Assembly (NCBI GenBank): GCA_030770535.1
Contig: JASVEC010000025.1
Coordinates: 186,001 to 250,000, forward strand
Source: Batkoa obscura
Taxonomy: Eukaryota
Direction of reading: 5' to 3'
Length of the DNA: 64,000 bases
This document shows, piece after piece, positions 27,301 through 40,189 of this stretch (position 1 is the stretch's first letter; every line of letters starts with the position of its first letter). A model generated the notes under the pieces. That model saw only the letters and a list, made by a program, of their open reading frames with translations. It ran no database searches and was not told the DNA's origin. A program made the translations under genes and the position numbers.

Positions 27301-30300
27301 CATCAATATTATTTTCATGCTTCATATATGTTGCATAATCAAATTCTACCAACTTTTCGATTTCAAATGGACGGGCCAATTTAAGCATGGAATCAAACTT
27401 AAGTTTCCAATAATATACTTTATAAACTACGTTGGATTGGTTAGCCTTAACTTCCTCAATATCATAAAAGCATTGTACAACTCTTGAAACCTTTGGAATC
27501 TGTAAAACTAACAAATGGTTTTCATTACATAAAAATCCAGGCTCAAACAATAGCTCTTCATTATAAGCACAATTTAAAGCCTTTGAAAGTTTAACTCTAT
27601 ATAATGGTGCAGTGCCTGAAACTAAATGTTCTACTCTACGAATTTTACCATCATCACCAAGCACTTGATTTCCAACTTTGATTTCTTCAATTAACTTTGT
27701 GGTACCATTAGCTAAACGTATAGGCATCCCCTTACCATAACAATAGAATACAACAGGTGGGAAACGGCTAGGCATTTTAGAGTTAAGACCGATTTTTACA
27801 CGGGTTTGAATCTTTGATTCGCTCTTAACCAAAAGATCTAAGATTTCACGAGTATGTACCACTGCTTCACGATAATAAGTCATTAATCCAATCAAAGCTG
27901 TATTCCATTTGTTGACAATCTTTGAAAAGGTGGTGGATCCAGAGGACATTAATATTTGACGGATACGATTATTGAAACGTTGGATAGACTCATCATCCAC
28001 CCTTAAAAAGGCTTGTGCAGTACGTTCTTTAGTTTGTTCATTAATTAAATTCCATACACCATCTTTAAGTGAAAATGTTTCTTCCTTTGCACGAATCTTT
28101 GGTAAAATTCGAACTTCAAATCCACACATGGAGAATAGAAGATTAGGATTATCTCTTGAGTAAACACTCACAAATGTTTCTTCCCAATCAAGGGTTGTAA
28201 CTGATCTTGGTAAACGATTTTTCATATCCCAAAAAGTAGCACGGCCTAAATTGACATCATGCTTCATCAAACGCATTCTACAATCACGTGGCCAGCACTT
28301 TTTATTATTGTAACCAACGATGTTTTCATTATTAGGATCCGGGTGCTCTGTTAAATATCGTTGAATCAAATCTCTTGATTCATCAGCACTGAATCTGAAA
28401 AGTATATAAATACGATCTATATAACGAGAATAAAGCCTTATTGGATGTTTGGTTTCAGTAGGAACATCTCTAAATTGCAAAAAATCATTTGGTAGTTGAG
28501 GTGGTCCAGCCATTTCAGATGCTCTTTGTAAACCAAGAAGCAATAAATCCAAGACTAAGCCCCAGAATTGATAAATAAACGAAGCAAATTGTAAACCACG
28601 AATTAAACCATAAGAATTTAAATGATTCATATCCTTATAATTAAGGACAACATTATTCTTTGCTGACATATAATCGGCTAAATTATGATCTAAGATTAAA
28701 CGTAAAAGTCTATTCAAAACTGTAATATCCACTTTCTCATATACTTTGTTGAGCTTTGTTTCTACCATTACATTACATTCACCTTCAGATGTTTCCCAAA
28801 TATCAGTAAGATTGTTAATTCCTTGACACCATTTGTAAGTAAGTAATGGAGGAGGTTCATTATCTGATGGTTTGATCCATGCTGGGAAGAGATGACGCTT
28901 ATCAGCTTCATACCAAAGATATTGATCAAGGTAGGCATCAGTAATCTTTTCCATTGGTTCCACGTCATAAACTGGAATAAGATGAGAATATAAATCCATG
29001 AACTCAATTCCTACTTCTTTAAATGCCCTTTGGGTCAAAAGTAAACGTTTAATTCTAGAAAGAGCTTCATGAGGATTATCATAAGCTTGTTCAATTAAAC
29101 CGAGTTCTTCACGTTGAGATTGATTCAAACGTCCTTTTACAGAGTATGCTTCTCTTAAACGTTCAAGAGCAAGGATCAACAACTTGGTATCATGTTTATA
29201 TGAAAGTGGTGGGAAAGGAATTGGAGTGAATTTTCTTGATTCAAGCCAGTGCACTGTTGAAGTGAAGATTGCAACAGCTTCCTCAGGAGAAACATAAGGA
29301 CCATCTTTAAGATAATTATGTTGTCTTTCTTGCTCAGCCTTGAGCCACAGTCTGGTTAAACGTCCTAAATTCTTTTTACATACTGTTTTATCAACTGTTG
29401 CTCCTCTACGGATACGTTCACGATTATAATGGGCTACACTGGTCCACCAATCAGCTTTAGATTTGACATAACGGAGGATCATATTTTCTATAGGTGTAGG
29501 CAAACCTGGTACTTTCCATGGAATATTGGCTTTCCAACAATTGTGGGCAACAATGAAATTTCCAAGTAAAAAGAGGGGGTCTCTACCGTCTAACTCGAAA
29601 CCAAAGTATTCACCCTTATTTGAAACTTCAGTGATATCAAATTGGTTATTGTTGTTGTCTTCTATAGCTACACCTTCTCCTTTCAATTTGTTTACAAAAG
29701 GAAGGGTTGAAAATTCCCTACCAAAAATATTAATCTGTTCTTCTCCATTTGATACAAATAAACCAAGAGATCTTGCAACTTGTACTACTAATTGTTTTAA
29801 AATAGGACTGACTTCATTGACTTTAATCTTAAACTTTAAATCAAGTTGATCGATACTAGATGGCAATGATTCTAATATACCGGCTAACATATTCGAACGG
29901 AATAGCTTTGATTGATTCATAACACATGAAGCTAATAAATCAGGAGAAGCAAACTCTCTCAATTTGTTTATACAATCCCATGCCATACTTCTAACACTTG
30001 TACTACTATTGGATTCTTCTATTCTAGTAGACGAAGCAAATTGCTGACCAATAGCATAAGCTACTGAGTTAATTGGTGCTGGAGTTTGATCTAATTCATC
30101 AGATGCTTTGAAATGTAAATTATGAATAGCTTGTTCTAAATCTAATTCTGAGGAATACGGGAATTCGTTGACAGGTTGACGAATCATAGTGAAAGTAAAA
30201 GAGGAGTGAAGAAGAGTTTTGGAAAACTTAACATAATTAACTGAAGAAACTTCCCATCCAGTATTCAGAATGGTTGAATGGTCTTTTTGGAGAGCTTTAA

Positions 30301-32926
30301 TTGCGCTTGGCTTGTCTTCAAACCTATATATTATAACTGGATGATTTTGTTTTAACTTAACGCTAGAACTGTCACCCCACGTGTATACTGATCCAACAAC
30401 AGATGGTGCCTCAAACCCAAGTTCCTCGTTATATTTGATTTGAGGATGATAAAAGGCAGCATATTTCTTGTTAGAATCTTTAGGCATAATTATATTACCT
30501 GAAGTAGAGCAATTAAGGACTAAAGTATGTTCATCATTACATGTAAATAATTCTTCCTGAGTCTCTTTATCACTGAACTTATATAAAGTTGAATGGCCAT
30601 ACATTGTATCCTTCACTCTTTTTGGTTTCTGATCTTTACCCAAAACTCTATCTCCAATTTCAATGTTTTCTACACATTTTAAGTTACCATCAGCCATCAT
30701 AACTTTAGTTCCACGAGCAAAACAACGCCATGCTTCACTGAGATGCTGTAAAATGGTTTTAGATTTATTAGCAGAAATACCTTCAGGCATCATATCTGTA
30801 ATATCATGCATTACTGCAGCACGGAGTTCAAGATCATAGTGGGATTCCACTCTCTGCTTAGTGACCGTTTTAGCAATACCTTTAGAATGACGACCTTCAA
30901 ATTGACGAGCAAGTAAATTACCAAGCCAGCGTTCAAGAAGTGGGACAATACCACGTAAGAAAAATAACCATACTCTCCATCCTGGAGCCCAGAAACCACA
31001 ACCAGGACCTTTACCAACTGGCCCAGTATTAAATCTATAGTAGATCAAATGTTTTAAATCCTTGGTGAGACGGACTTGTCTCATTAATTTATATTTGTAA
31101 CGATACATACCAGTAAGTTGACCAACATGGGCAAAGATATATTGAAGACCATCAGCCAATTGGAAAGCGTCAACATTGCCCAAACGATACTGTACATGTG
31201 AATCAACCACAAGCTTAGTAAGCCTTAAAATTTCACGACAAAGATGAAAAGCATTTCCGAAACGAGATTTCTTACGCTCTTTAGTTGTTAAAGTTTTAAT
31301 AGGCTTTAAATTGAAATTATAATCAAGATGGAGATAATTCAAATTTTTACGATGGATTAATAAATTTAACATATTGTAACCTTGACGACACACTTGTAAC
31401 CCTGCTTCTACCCAATCAAGATCGGTGATTTGGAAAAACTTGGTTGCTTTCAATTGACGGAATAAGTATTTTTTGTTTAATGCTTTAGGTTTACGATGCT
31501 TCAAGACATTCAAAACATAACATTTCAGTAACTTTTGGTAAGAAACACGGACTTTTACGGGTTGATCTGGTGGACAATGCTCTAAGTACCAATTTTTGAC
31601 AAGTGGGATATCTTGAGCACGTCTAGTATTACCTGAACGCTTATCGAAAGGGTGAGGGGCCCAGTAAAGAGCGATAGCATTTGAAGTATTATCAGTGTAA
31701 AGTGGAGCATCTTCAAAGAAAGGAGTTACATTTTCTGATAAAGAGAATTCGAGATCTTCATCTTCGTCACCAAATATACTTTGTTCATGTAATCCAGAGA
31801 TGCTTTTATCTTCGAAATCACGTGTAGAAATTGGGTTAATAATAGGATCAAAATAAAATGTAGGTAATTGAGGGTCATCATTACGAATGTAAACAACAGT
31901 TGGATAATGATACCATGAAACATGAACTGCTCTTGGTAAGGAATTATATAAGAATGGGAAAGCAATCTTATACTCAGTACGAATTTGTTGACGAATGATA
32001 ATCTTATTAATATCATTAAACTCATTCCAATCTTCATCAGCTGGGTCTAAATCTCTATATAAAGGCTCAAACTTGGGACCACCTGGAATAGCTAAATTGA
32101 GTGATTTAGCAGTTATAAAAGAATTGACATCAAAAAGATAAAAGTAATTTTTATCATTGAGATCAGATAAAAGTTGATGTGCTAAACGGTACAACGCTGA
32201 CATGATTGGAAGATCAAGACTCCATTTACGGTAAGTATCACCATTGATGAATTTTGTGCCAAGGAGTGGTTTATGGTCATAAAACCATTCATAAACTGCG
32301 CTATCTTCTTCCGGATCTAATTCCATTTGAATAGGCTCAAGAGGATCGACATCTAATATATTGTCACCATAATCTAGTGGAGGTTCTTCATCATCAAAAG
32401 GAGGGAAACGCATACGTTTAAAATGACGACGATCTCTCTTTTCTCTACGCATCATAATCCACATGGTACCCCATTGAGCAAGGTAGATTGGCTCAACCAC
32501 ACGAGGTACCTCATTAACGAAAGTGATAGCACCAGTGATATGATACAAAACTGGGACTTCCCTTTCTTGTTCCCAGGGCATAGGCATGTTTTCTAACAAC
32601 TTTAAAACGGCATGAGGGATATATTTAAGGGCACCCAAATAGATACGCTTATCATGGCGAAATTTTTTCGAAGACATATCACCATGGTCTTTAATGATTT
32701 TTCTAACGTGCTCCGGCGGCATCTTTTGCTTTTCTTGTTCAGCGAACCCGAATTTTCTTTTGTCGCCATAACGTTTTGAGTTCATTTGTTGCCATCTCTT
32801 GGCCTTTTCTTTGATTTTTTCAAGAAATCTAGCATTTTGAGTATCTAAAAGGTTATCCTCAGAAGCAGCAACTTGATAAGGATAATAATTTGAATTATTA
32901 GGAGTAGAATCTCCTTGTTCAGTCAT
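21323..32926 (-). CDS. PRP8: Pre-mRNA splicing factor Prp8 precursor with four inteins (3867 aa precursor, ~2355 aa mature)
   Basis: Highly conserved Prp8 sequence ([12 protein letters not shown]/linker, RNaseH-like, Jab1/MPN), interrupted by four Hint-domain insertions. First ATG at 32926; the ORF track starts at an upstream TTG. Confidence 0.98.
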   Translation of the reverse strand: MTEQGDSTPNNSNYYPYQVAASEDNLLDTQNARFLEKIKEKAKRWQQMNSKRYGDKRKFGFAEQEKQKMPPEHVRKIIKDHGDMSSKKFRHDKRIYLGALKYIPHAVLKLLENMPMPWEQEREVPVLYHITGAITFVNEVPRVVEPIYLAQWGTMWIMMRREKRDRRHFKRMRFPPFDDEEPPLDYGDNILDVDPLEPIQMELDPEEDSAVYEWFYDHKPLLGTKFINGDTYRKWSLDLPIMSALYRLAHQLLSDLNDKNYFYLFDVNSFITAKSLNLAIPGGPKFEPLYRDLDPADEDWNEFNDINKIIIRQQIRTEYKIAFPFLYNSLPRAVHVSWYHYPTVVYIRNDDPQLPTFYFDPIINPISTRDFEDKSISGLHEQSIFGDEDEDLEFSLSENVTPFFEDAPLYTDNTSNAIALYWAPHPFDKRSGNTRRAQDIPLVKNWYLEHCPPDQPVKVRVSYQKLLKCYVLNVLKHRKPKALNKKYLFRQLKATKFFQITDLDWVEAGLQVCRQGYNMLNLLIHRKNLNYLHLDYNFNLKPIKTLTTKERKKSRFGNAFHLCREILRLTKLVVDSHVQYRLGNVDAFQLADGLQYIFAHVGQLTGMYRYKYKLMRQVRLTKDLKHLIYYRFNTGPVGKGPGCGFWAPGWRVWLFFLRGIVPLLERWLGNLLARQFEGRHSKGIAKTVTKQRVESHYDLELRAAVMHDITDMMPEGISANKSKTILQHLSEAWRCFARGTKVMMADGNLKCVENIEIGDRVLGKDQKPKRVKDTMYGHSTLYKFSDKETQEELFTCNDEHTLVLNCSTSGNIIMPKDSNKKYAAFYHPQIKYNEELGFEAPSVVGSVYTWGDSSSVKLKQNHPVIIYRFEDKPSAIKALQKDHSTILNTGWEVSSVNYVKFSKTLLHSSFTFTMIRQPVNEFPYSSELDLEQAIHNLHFKASDELDQTPAPINSVAYAIGQQFASSTRIEESNSSTSVRSMAWDCINKLREFASPDLLASCVMNQSKLFRSNMLAGILESLPSSIDQLDLKFKIKVNEVSPILKQLVVQVARSLGLFVSNGEEQINIFGREFSTLPFVNKLKGEGVAIEDNNNNQFDITEVSNKGEYFGFELDGRDPLFLLGNFIVAHNCWKANIPWKVPGLPTPIENMILRYVKSKADWWTSVAHYNRERIRRGATVDKTVCKKNLGRLTRLWLKAEQERQHNYLKDGPYVSPEEAVAIFTSTVHWLESRKFTPIPFPPLSYKHDTKLLILALERLREAYSVKGRLNQSQREELGLIEQAYDNPHEALSRIKRLLLTQRAFKEVGIEFMDLYSHLIPVYDVEPMEKITDAYLDQYLWYEADKRHLFPAWIKPSDNEPPPLLTYKWCQGINNLTDIWETSEGECNVMVETKLNKVYEKVDITVLNRLLRLILDHNLADYMSAKNNVVLNYKDMNHLNSYGLIRGLQFASFIYQFWGLVLDLLLLGLQRASEMAGPPQLPNDFLQFRDVPTETKHPIRLYSRYIDRIYILFRFSADESRDLIQRYLTEHPDPNNENIVGYNNKKCWPRDCRMRLMKHDVNLGRATFWDMKNRLPRSVTTLDWEETFVSVYSRDNPNLLFSMCGFEVRILPKIRAKEETFSLKDGVWNLINEQTKERTAQAFLRVDDESIQRFNNRIRQILMSSGSTTFSKIVNKWNTALIGLMTYYREAVVHTREILDLLVKSESKIQTRVKIGLNSKMPSRFPPVVFYCYGKGMPIRLANGTTKLIEEIKVGNQVLGDDGKIRRVEHLVSGTAPLYRVKLSKALNCAYNEELLFEPGFLCNENHLLVLQIPKVSRVVQCFYDIEEVKANQSNVVYKVYYWKLKFDSMLKLARPFEIEKLVEFDYATYMKHENNIDEVIMNAVEGLSDSNEWIVSVNEYNKYRSQMIKAGIKVLPCMMRYSTSIEEWPIGSKNRSIPSLLHSCHSFKNKLNKDSAEDYAWAIGAHLGSPRFTKSTISTNKNIDVEIFKALLTKMCIDHSTINDYSEIERFVQEPGYVRRALLAGLIDSSGQVQDDGYVFIKNLDLNEPILKLVYELGRSLGLSTIATKTKGKDSTEYVGKVYLNGDLDALSCKFVKFANMKSTTSKVNCHIFDISSQAEAVDDYYGFQVEKGQSQLFCHGDFLIGHNCPKELGGLGMLSMGHVLIPQSDLRWSRQTETGITHFRSGMSHDEDTLIPNLFRYLQPWESEFIDSQRVWAEYALKRQEATAQNRRLTLEDLEDSWDRGIPRINTLFQKDRHTLAYDKGWRVRTDFKQYQILKNNPFWWTHQRHDGKLWNLNNYRTDMIQALGGVEGILEHTLFKGTYFPTWEGLFWEKACFSGATPLMLQDGSIKLAKDVSVNDKLMGDDQLPRNIKEVVQGVAPLYEILPHVGEALTVTGNHILCLVSSNKAVMSWSEDSSSYTVYWYNSGYCSMSFKVGEKELQTKKEAGDAGANFLKHLETTSATVKTYQIEATVRDLLSLPQHVQPIWSLYKVAVNQSEKFVYINETDFKKVEADPALYIDENLKNSINSDTNAVAIKEFFVPIVSIKMTEPQEYYGFLVDGNQRFLRSDSMVVHNSGFEESMKYKKLTNAQRSGLNQIPNRRFTLWWSPTINRCFAPSTPVYMADGSIRAIKDIKIGDSVLGMDSKPRKVTGVHSGEDTMYEVCEVHHGQEKSSNQEGLDLIKYTSNSRHLLHLTTHMTVGEVTKDEQTGESFYINYTSLRTEEFNSEEIQMVTWTKKSFHVSDYENSEANAFEAAKGFRDNLINSSKSTITWELETQLYSFVDENIRQLTYQLVAPVLVGNNKFEEMCRKEGLPASEVNNAAWLVGLWITGDRAAKKNADNKDHISQMKRVRVIYHNIGVEASNVEELVSEEVNVNKGIKTNKIWNLMCQLNMERAQPKVVPTWFFTESISVRENLLAGLIDSNGEVVDANPEDKELENKMELTRYNDFKEAKEKYQKVVFTSAHQNIVTGALALARSLGIKYSVSNREIDNGFESCVTFVPCSALTKVLSLSSIDRKRREAPVVVQYLPVGYKFNVIKTAGSPGQYCGITLDENSDKLFLLGNNAVVHNSNVYVGFQVQLDLTGIFMHGKIPTLKISLIQIFRAHLWQKIHEALVMDMVQVFDQESEALQIESVQKETIHPRKSYKMNSSCADILLFASYKWGVSRPSLLNDNKDSMDNGTIQKFWIDIQLRWGDFDSHDVERYTRAKFLDYTTDNMSIYPSPTGMMIGVDLAYNLYSAYGNWFPGLKPLTQQAMGKIIKANPALYVLRERIRKGVQLYSSEPTEPYLNSTNYGELFSNQIIWFVDDTNVYRVTIHKTFEGNLTTKPINGAIFIFNPRTGQLFLKIIHTSVWAGQKRLGQLAKWKTAEEVAALIRSLPVEEQPRQIIVTRKGMLDPLEVHLLDFPNIVIKGSELQLPFQACLKVEKFGDLILKANEPMMCLFNLYDDFLKTISSYTAFFRLILILRALHVNNDKTKMILRPDKNTITEPHHIWPTLPDDEWIKVEVALKDLILADYGKKNNVNVASLTQPEIRDIILGMEISAPSLQRQQIAEIEKQAKEQSQLTAVTTKTHNIHGDEIITTTTTGYETQTFSSKTDWRVRAISSTNLQLRTQHIFVASDDLKDSGYTYVLPKNLLKRFIIISDLRTQISGFLYGVSPKDNPQVKEIRSIVMVPQWGTHQMVHLPNNPPEHEQLNDLEPLGWIHTLPNELPHLSPQDVTTHAKLLGSYPGWDIDTAVIITCAFTPGSCSLTCYKVTPSGNEWGASNKDLSGTNPAGYLPTHYERIQMLLSDKFFGFFLSPVDSIWNYNFQGASHQPDKEYHLSLEVPLPFYDERHRPAHYLNFSQLEDGSNMNNNVVDREDMLS
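23711..25084 (-). mobile_element. PRP8 intein 4 (458 aa, VMA1/PI-SceI-like; [10 protein letters not shown]...VVHN|SNVY)
   Basis: Cys1, [16 protein letters not shown] and [23 protein letters not shown]...[11 protein letters not shown], +1 Ser. Confidence 0.95.
25199..25921 (-). mobile_element. PRP8 intein 3 (241 aa mini-intein at the canonical fungal site; FWEKA|CFSG...[10 protein letters not shown])
   Basis: Cys1, block B VTGNHIL, terminal HN, +1 Ser. No LAGLIDADG motif. Confidence 0.96.
26489..27742 (-). mobile_element. PRP8 intein 2 (418 aa; [10 protein letters not shown]...LIGHN|CPKE), LAGLIDADG remnant
   Basis: Cys1, [18 protein letters not shown], terminal HN, +1 Cys. Removal restores PPVVFYCPKELGG. 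Confidence 0.95.
29540..30724 (-). mobile_element. PRP8 intein 1 (395 aa; [10 protein letters not shown]...IVAHN|CWKA), degenerate LAGLIDADG
   Basis: Cys1, block B TCNDEH, terminal HN, +1 Cys. Removal restores [15 protein letters not shown]. Confidence 0.95.
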
Positions 32927-33965
32927 CTTTAAATTGAACAAATCGGAGATTGATAAAAAAAGTGAGTTGAATTTCTTAGATTATTTAAAATATAACTTTT
33001 AAATAAAAAGTTAGTTCAATTCAATCCAAGTTAAAGTTGGTTTAAACATCCACGAAATCTGAAATACTTATGAGACAAATCCTAATTTCCAGCTACTTGA
33101 TTGGATGCTGATTGCATATTCCAATCCAAAAAGAACAAAATTCTACTGTACAGATAAAAAGTTTAGAGTAACAAATGCTCTCTACATTTTGCAGTTTTGA
33201 GCAAAAAGTGTACTTGCTTTTGACTAATCAATTTCTATTTTGCAATTAGCATTAGGACCAAATATTCTTTCAAAAGTAGCAACTCAAACTGCGGGCGTTG
33301 TTTTTTGGTTGAAATAATGAAATAATGAAATAATTGAATTAGAAGTTCAACTTAATAACAATAAATATTATATTCTTAATAAATTAAACAATAATCATTA
33401 TTTTAAAGTTATAACCCTTGATTTAATGCTTGTTTGTCTTTTTATGTAATATTTAATAGGTTATTTTTTTACATTATAATGTGTTACTAGATAAACCAAA
33501 TTGAGTTATTAATTGAGACTAATACATAACATAAAATAACTGATCAATCACAATATTAAGAAATTTTGAACACAAACTTAGTTTATTTAATAAACTTAAA
33601 AATTACCAATCTAGCTACAATCTGAATTCTTCATTTAAAAATAAGTAATCACTAAGACATTATTTACAATAACACCGTCATCTTAATGCTACAATCATAT
33701 GTGATTAATAGTAAATAACGATGTTAGTTTTATTCTTTAGTAATTTAAAAACTTTTAATTCAAGCAAGTAATTTTTATATTAAAATTTTTATTAGAGGAA
33801 ACATAAAAAATCAAAAACTTGAGCAGGTCAATTGAATTCTAAATTCAATTTCAATAACATAATAATACTTTAAACTTCATAAGGAAGCTAAGAGCAAAGA
33901 GCTGTTCATCATAGAATCATTGCCTGGTTAATTGCCTTTGTGCCAACAGCTTAATAATTCTTGCT

Positions 33966-35150
33966 TTATGGGTTATGTAAATAGCTATGATGTTCATGTT
34001 GAGATCCATAAACGACAGAATCATGTTTAGGATAAGTTAAATAATCGTTAATAGGGGGGAGATAATGTTTGGAGCTTCCATTCTGTATACTATTACTCAC
34101 CATCTGTGGTGGTGTTTTTGGGTCTTTGGATCCAACAGCCTGCCTTGAAGTTCCACAACAATTACTTAGGTGAACTGTTGGTGGATGACAGCTCGTATTT
34201 TCTGGTGACTGAGTAGAAGTTAAAAATGATTTTGAGCTATCAAATGAGTGAGGGTTACTAGTATATTTTCCATGATAGTCACGCTTGGTAGGGTAGTAAG
34301 GAAGTCCTTGCTCGATTGGCTGAGTGCTATTTAAGTTGGTCAGCTCAGGTCTTAAAGATGGGGCAGAATAAGAGTTCTCTCTACTTCTAGTGGCCCCATG
34401 CCTTATCCTGTACTCTGGTGGGTTTCTAGAATGACTATAAATAGGCTCAAAGGATGCAGTATTATTTATAAGATCTTGAGTGTCGTATAGAAGTTCATTA
34501 GCTAATTTTCTTCTACGACTTGCTCTGTCATCATAATCATTTAAAGTATCTTGCAACATGTATTGAAAAGAAGATATCAGTTTCATTGCATTTTTTTGAA
34601 ACTTTACATTTTGTTCAAATTGTTGTTGCAATTTAATAATAGTTTCATTCTGCGAAAATACCATTCTTTCTAAATCTTCTATTTTACGGGTTAACTGTTC
34701 GGAGGTCCCAGTTGAAGGTCTAGTTTCGGGCATATAACTTTGGGATAGATCTTCGCCGATTGGGGTGCTATCCTTATTTTTTTCTTCTTTGGATGGTGGA
34801 CGATAAGCCTTTCTTCTTATTTTAACAAAGAGTTCAGGGGTGTCGCGTTGAAAATCTGGATGCTTGAAATCCCATGAACAGGTAGTAGATGACAAATGGA
34901 AAGCGTCAGAGAGTTTGGTAAAACCATACATATTAAGTTGACGAACGAAACTTTGCCAGTTCCCATGCTTGAAGTAGTTAGGTAACACCTTACTGCAAAA
35001 TTGACTCAAATCTTTAACACCAAATGACTTGCCATCATCGCTCCAGCATATTAAGCTATGATTGCTACTATTTTGTAAGATGGTGTATAGTTTTTCAACA
35101 AAGGTAGGGACGGTATAATTATCTTGGGAATTGGATTGCTTTTCTTTCAT
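33966..35150 (-). CDS. HSF-type DNA-binding transcription factor
   Basis: PTFVEKLY..LICWSDDGKSF..LPNYFKHGNWQSFVRQLNMYGF, followed by a coiled coil. Confidence 0.92.
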   Translation of the reverse strand: MKEKQSNSQDNYTVPTFVEKLYTILQNSSNHSLICWSDDGKSFGVKDLSQFCSKVLPNYFKHGNWQSFVRQLNMYGFTKLSDAFHLSSTTCSWDFKHPDFQRDTPELFVKIRRKAYRPPSKEEKNKDSTPIGEDLSQSYMPETRPSTGTSEQLTRKIEDLERMVFSQNETIIKLQQQFEQNVKFQKNAMKLISSFQYMLQDTLNDYDDRASRRRKLANELLYDTQDLINNTASFEPIYSHSRNPPEYRIRHGATRSRENSYSAPSLRPELTNLNSTQPIEQGLPYYPTKRDYHGKYTSNPHSFDSSKSFLTSTQSPENTSCHPPTVHLSNCCGTSRQAVGSKDPKTPPQMVSNSIQNGSSKHYLPPINDYLTYPKHDSVVYGSQHEHHSYLHNP

Positions 35151-36511
35151 TTTAAAATTTAAAAAATAACTAAAAACTTAAAAAGCTTCAAAATAAAAAT
35201 GAGTTATTTTTTAAAGTTTCTAGAAGAGTCAATCATTCTGAACCAATGTTTAGCTAATTGGTTGACACGGAACCTTCCCTCCTTTATTAGTAATCTTTGT
35301 TTCTAATTTGCTCAATTTTTTCCAATAACATGCAATAGCAATATTCCCTCAATTATAGAATAACAATGATTTTCTAGAAGGAATCATTTAAGGAATCATG
35401 ATTTAATAGCCTTATTTCTCTAACTTATTCTTTTAATATTTCCTCAGAATAGAATTTATTAGGCCAATTAGATATGTTATAACTATCTTTATATTTTTTA
35501 ATTGGTAGATTAATAATGACTTTAACTTTTAATTAATAACCACAGTTATTAATTTATATAAATATTAAGAAAAGAATAAATAAAATGGAAGTAATGGTCG
35601 AAGGCATTGTCCGCTTTTATGTTCTTTATTTTTAAATAAAACATAATAGATAAGATAGCATAGAAGTCATTTATTTAAATAAAAGTAAACAAAGGAGATG
35701 TAGTAACAAAAAGATTCGAAAATGAGATGATAATGCTATTGGGTGAAGTGATGTTGAAGATCAACTGATGACTTAACAACAGAACATTTTATGGTATTTA
35801 TTCTATTTTTAGATTATCTGAGTAGAAAGAAAGAATTAATCATTTAATAGAAAATTTCAAAATCAACAATAAAAAATAATGCTTAAGATTATTATAAAGA
35901 TTCAATACATCAAAATGATTTGAACGATATTTTTGGAAGAAAGTTTTAATAAACCTGTTTGTTTAATTTATCTATTAGATTTAAATTAAAGATTGCTTAA
36001 TGTATAATTTTAGATGAAAATATTATTTGTAAGAGACTGTTTTAATCAAAACTTTTGTTTGCCTTTTAACCTTGGCAGACTTGGGATCTTAATTAGATAA
36101 AGTGATTTTACAAGCTTTAAATTTGAGGAAAATAAAACATCTTTGGAATAAGTTTATCTAACTGGAGTGTCTAGTCATGCAGGTAAATTATCTAACTTAA
36201 GGAATTGGCTATTTTAATATTATCAGTTTTATTTGTAGAATAAATCGAATTTCACATAATTTTCAGTAAAAATATTGTACAACATTTAAATTTTTATTTG
36301 GACTTGTATTAATAACCTAGCTTTTCAATATTATTTTTCCACTTGTTCGAATTTATGCTAATTTACTATATTGAATTATAATATAAAACATCCAAAAACG
36401 ATATCTCGTTTTATCTAAATACTGGTTATGATATTATTAAGTATAGAAACTATTTTCTAAGTTACATTAACTAGGAATATTTAAATATCACTAAGCATCA
36501 AATGCTAAAGA

Positions 36512-36570
36512 AATTTTATTATCAATTTTATTATCAATTTTATTATCAATTTTATTATCAATTTTATTAT
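36512..36570. repeat. 12-bp tandem repeat (AATTTTATTATC) x~5
   Basis: Directly visible perfect units. Confidence 0.85.
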
Positions 36571-37410
36571 GAAAAATCATAAAAAGTATTACTCATACTT
36601 AATTCCTCTGCTAGTAATTAATCAATGTAAGATACCCAGTTTAAAAACCAGTTTTTAATATTTGTTACAAAAAGTGATATTACTAATCTGCCAAACAGCT
36701 CCACTTTCAGTCTGTCTCTAACTAGTTGAGTGCTTGTGAAGAACTCACTTTAATGCCAAAGGCATGTACTGAGTTATGTTCTAATTATTTTTTAAAAATC
36801 TAACTTTCATTATGAGTTCATTTTTGATTAGTATGAAGTATCAATATTTTAATATAAACAGTAAAAAAATAGTATTTTTCTCGTGAAAGTTTGGTAATAT
36901 AAACGAGGGTAATGGTCAATTTAGTTGATAAGTATAAGAAACCTTTAAATTACACCTGTAAGGGAGTTATTATAAAAATGGTTGAATATTACCAATCGAT
37001 TAACAGAGAATATAGTGTTTTTCTAATTCACTATCTGCATTGTTTTTTTCATGATGATAACATTATCTTTGATATCAGTTACAGTACACTCGTAAAGAAA
37101 TGTCCGAATTTTAAGCTTAAAAAGAGAGCTAAAAAAAGCTATTTTATTTAAAATGGAATAAATTCACTAGCATTATGATATATTAAGTGGAAATAATAAC
37201 TAAGACGTTATAAAAATCTTTTTTCTTTTCAAATAGTTAGAATAATTAAATCATTTTAGTTGTTTGATTAATTTGTATTAATAGTATTAAATTAAATTAA
37301 ACTTGAATGAACTATAAAAATAAAAATAAAATAAAAAATAAAAAATAAAAAATAAATTGTATAACCAAAAATTAAATAAATAATGTATTTTTTTATTGAC
37401 ATCAAATTAA

Positions 37411-38325
37411 TTAAAACGAAAGTCTATGTCTGATTTTGCGGAATAATAATCTTAATTCCTTATTAATAGCAGTATGCATCGTTAATACCAATAATGAATT
37501 AAGTAAGATACCTGTAGTAGCTAATAAAGTAGCAGCTGAACTAATACCAATAATAGTTGAATCATTAAACGGGGTAAATAAACTTAAGCTACTTTCAGTC
37601 AAATAAAAGACCATAGCACTAAACATACACATAGCATACAATAGAATTAACAATATAATTCTATAAAATGCTAACTTTAAATTTAATCTTTTTTTATTAG
37701 AATTATTGGTATTTAATTGAGTTGTATTGCCTTCAATCGGTATAAATTTATCTAATTTATAGGTATAGATCGCTAGCTTCGAATAACAATAAATGATAGT
37801 TATGGCACTTACTAAAGTGATGGTGATAAAATAATAAAAAGTGATCGTTGAAACAGTAGACTTAAATGGGAATATAAAGCATATAATACCACTTGCATTG
37901 GGTATAAATTCCATTGAGAATGCTAAATAGCTTGATAATCCAATATAAAGTAAAGATAATATAATTACAATAAGGATCAAATAGTTATTATAATGAAATT
38001 TCATGATATTGGAGTAACGTTCAATAGCTAATAAAGCATTAAAAATAATTTGTAGAAATAAAACAAGTACTGAAAAGAAGCCTAAATATTGACATAAATT
38101 GGGAGTTAAAATAGCATCATTATCATTTATCGTTGTTATAACAACATCCGTGACCCCTACAAATGGAGCTATTAATTCAATGATCGCTATTACTTGAATA
38201 TACTTAATATCACGCGTTATTGGTCGTACTTTGACTGATAGATGTAATAATAAGATATCTAAAATCGCCGATATTACAGTTATACCTACAGCTACAAATC
38301 CAGCTGGATTTAAGTTCGGCATCAT
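37411..38325 (-). CDS. 7TM rhodopsin-like GPCR paralogue A
   Basis: Seven hydrophobic segments, CQYLGFF at TM3 start, LAIERY, extracellular loop 2 Cys. Confidence 0.75.
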   Translation of the reverse strand: MMPNLNPAGFVAVGITVISAILDILLLHLSVKVRPITRDIKYIQVIAIIELIAPFVGVTDVVITTINDNDAILTPNLCQYLGFFSVLVLFLQIIFNALLAIERYSNIMKFHYNNYLILIVIILSLLYIGLSSYLAFSMEFIPNASGIICFIFPFKSTVSTITFYYFITITLVSAITIIYCYSKLAIYTYKLDKFIPIEGNTTQLNTNNSNKKRLNLKLAFYRIILLILLYAMCMFSAMVFYLTESSLSLFTPFNDSTIIGISSAATLLATTGILLNSLLVLTMHTAINKELRLLFRKIRHRLSF

Positions 38326-39465
38326 ACTCTTTTATTATTAATATATTATTATTGAATAAAATAAAATCAATTTTAAATTGATAAAGAAATATCATTCTTT
38401 TTATTCTTAAGTTTACTTGGTTGCCATTAAGTTTATTTATACCACCTTGCTTTGTTTCAAACTATTCTTTATTTATTTATGGTAATCATAAATTTTCATT
38501 TTGTTTATATCGATTATCATAATTATCATATATTTTTGAGTGGCTGAGGTTTTGAGAATAATAAATATTAGAAACAAATAGTATTAAAAGTCTAGCTTTT
38601 GCTTTTTTTTATATCCACTTCTTTTTTTATTGGGGTTTTTTATGCCCAAGACCAAACATATTATACTATTTATTGAATTTAGTCTAAATCTATTATTTTA
38701 ATAAATTAGCAATAAAATAATATATTGACTGTAACCAAGTTTAAACCTTATTTATTTATTTGTATATATTATAAATGTTTCAAAGCATTCAAAGACAAAT
38801 ATCAGCTTCAATAAATATTTACATTTATCATTTATAGTAATTTGCTAATTATTTTAAATATAGAAAATTATTATTCTTGAAATAAATACACCATATTTCG
38901 GTGTGCTTTTATCAAAAAAATCGGGTTTTATTGGGTTGATTTTTATGTGGTAGTGCTTTTTCATGCATATATTAAATAGTATATTGTTGGCTGCAATAGT
39001 AGATGTCTTTAACGTCTAAAAACAATACTGAATTTAGTGTTAATTTCTTCGACTGTTGTAATAGCTATTTGATTCTTTTTGATCACCTTTTTACTTGCAT
39101 GAAGATTCCCAAAACATAAAAACCAAGCTAATATTAAAAAACATGAAATCATGTTCAATCAAAAGATTCCAACTATTGAGCTACTTAAGGCAAATGAGGA
39201 AAACAGTGAATGTCTCACAAAACTTTTATCAGTTTTATTTTTGACAATAACATTGTTATCCTTTAATATAAACGTATTATAAAAGGATGTATAAGTTAAT
39301 ACCATAGTTAAAACAAGTTGTAAATTGTAGAGTGTAATTGATTATGTTGGATGACAAGCCTCTTTTTAAGTTTTTCTAGCTTTCCATGATTTGCTCTAAA
39401 ATTTCAAAAATAATGGAGTTTTAAATTCATTTCGTTAAAATTTTTTCAATCAATCCAAACTCAAG

Positions 39466-39572
39466 ATATGGGGGTGTTTTTTTTGGCTTCATCATTTTTT
39501 CCATCTTTTAAGCGCTATTTGAGCGGAAAAACTGTTAGTAAAATTCTTAAACACAAAAATATATCCCCATAT
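39466..39572 (+). mobile_element. MITE family copy
   Basis: ATATGGGGGTGTTTT...ATATATCCCCATAT. Confidence 0.82.
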
Positions 39573-40189
39573 AGCACGTTTCACTGGTTTTAAATTATTA
39601 TAAAAGACAAATTAAGCATAATACTACAAAATAAAAGTGTCTATTCTTCTGCTAAAAACATCAAATAATTTAAAATTAGAAAATAAAAAATAATGAAATA
39701 ATAACAAAGTCTCTCCCCTAATTTTTTTAAATTTTTCACTGTTTTATATAAGGTAGTTTATAAAATAATTGAATTTTGGACTAAAATTAATCTGAAAATA
39801 AGAAGATTTTTCGGCAAAAAAGATACTATAACAATTCTATACCCTTGTGTAAACAGGTTTGCCCAAAAAATTAATTTACTTCAAATTATCTTACAAATCT
39901 TGAAAGATTAAACCTAAAAAAAGTGGGAAATATTTTTTTTAAATTCTAACTTGGCTTTTAAACTCAACCATATTTAAGTAGTCAGGTTTTATAGATAAAA
40001 TGCTATAGATTTGTAATAATTTATTATTTCTATTTATATCAAATAGCATTTATTTGTATAATGTTATTTCAAATGATAACTATCTTGAATTACACACCTT
40101 TCGATAATTTATATTATAGAATTTAAGCTTAAGTTGTTAGACTCATCATCAAGTTAATTTAATCAATCATACTAGTGATATATAAAAAT

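Noticed and set aside
23711..30724. PRP8 inserts as group I/II introns or Hedgehog-type Hint domains
   Set aside because: All are in frame with Cys1, terminal His-Asn and +1 Cys/Ser, and have intact exteins on both sides, as expected for class 1 inteins.
22650..32037. Many short alternative-frame and antisense ORFs inside PRP8
   Set aside because: Shadow ORFs of a long, GC-richer coding region with no recognisable motifs.
35215..35385. Two TTCTAGAA heat-shock-element-like sites upstream of the HSF gene
   Set aside because: Only two nGAAn units each, which is expected by chance in AT-rich DNA.
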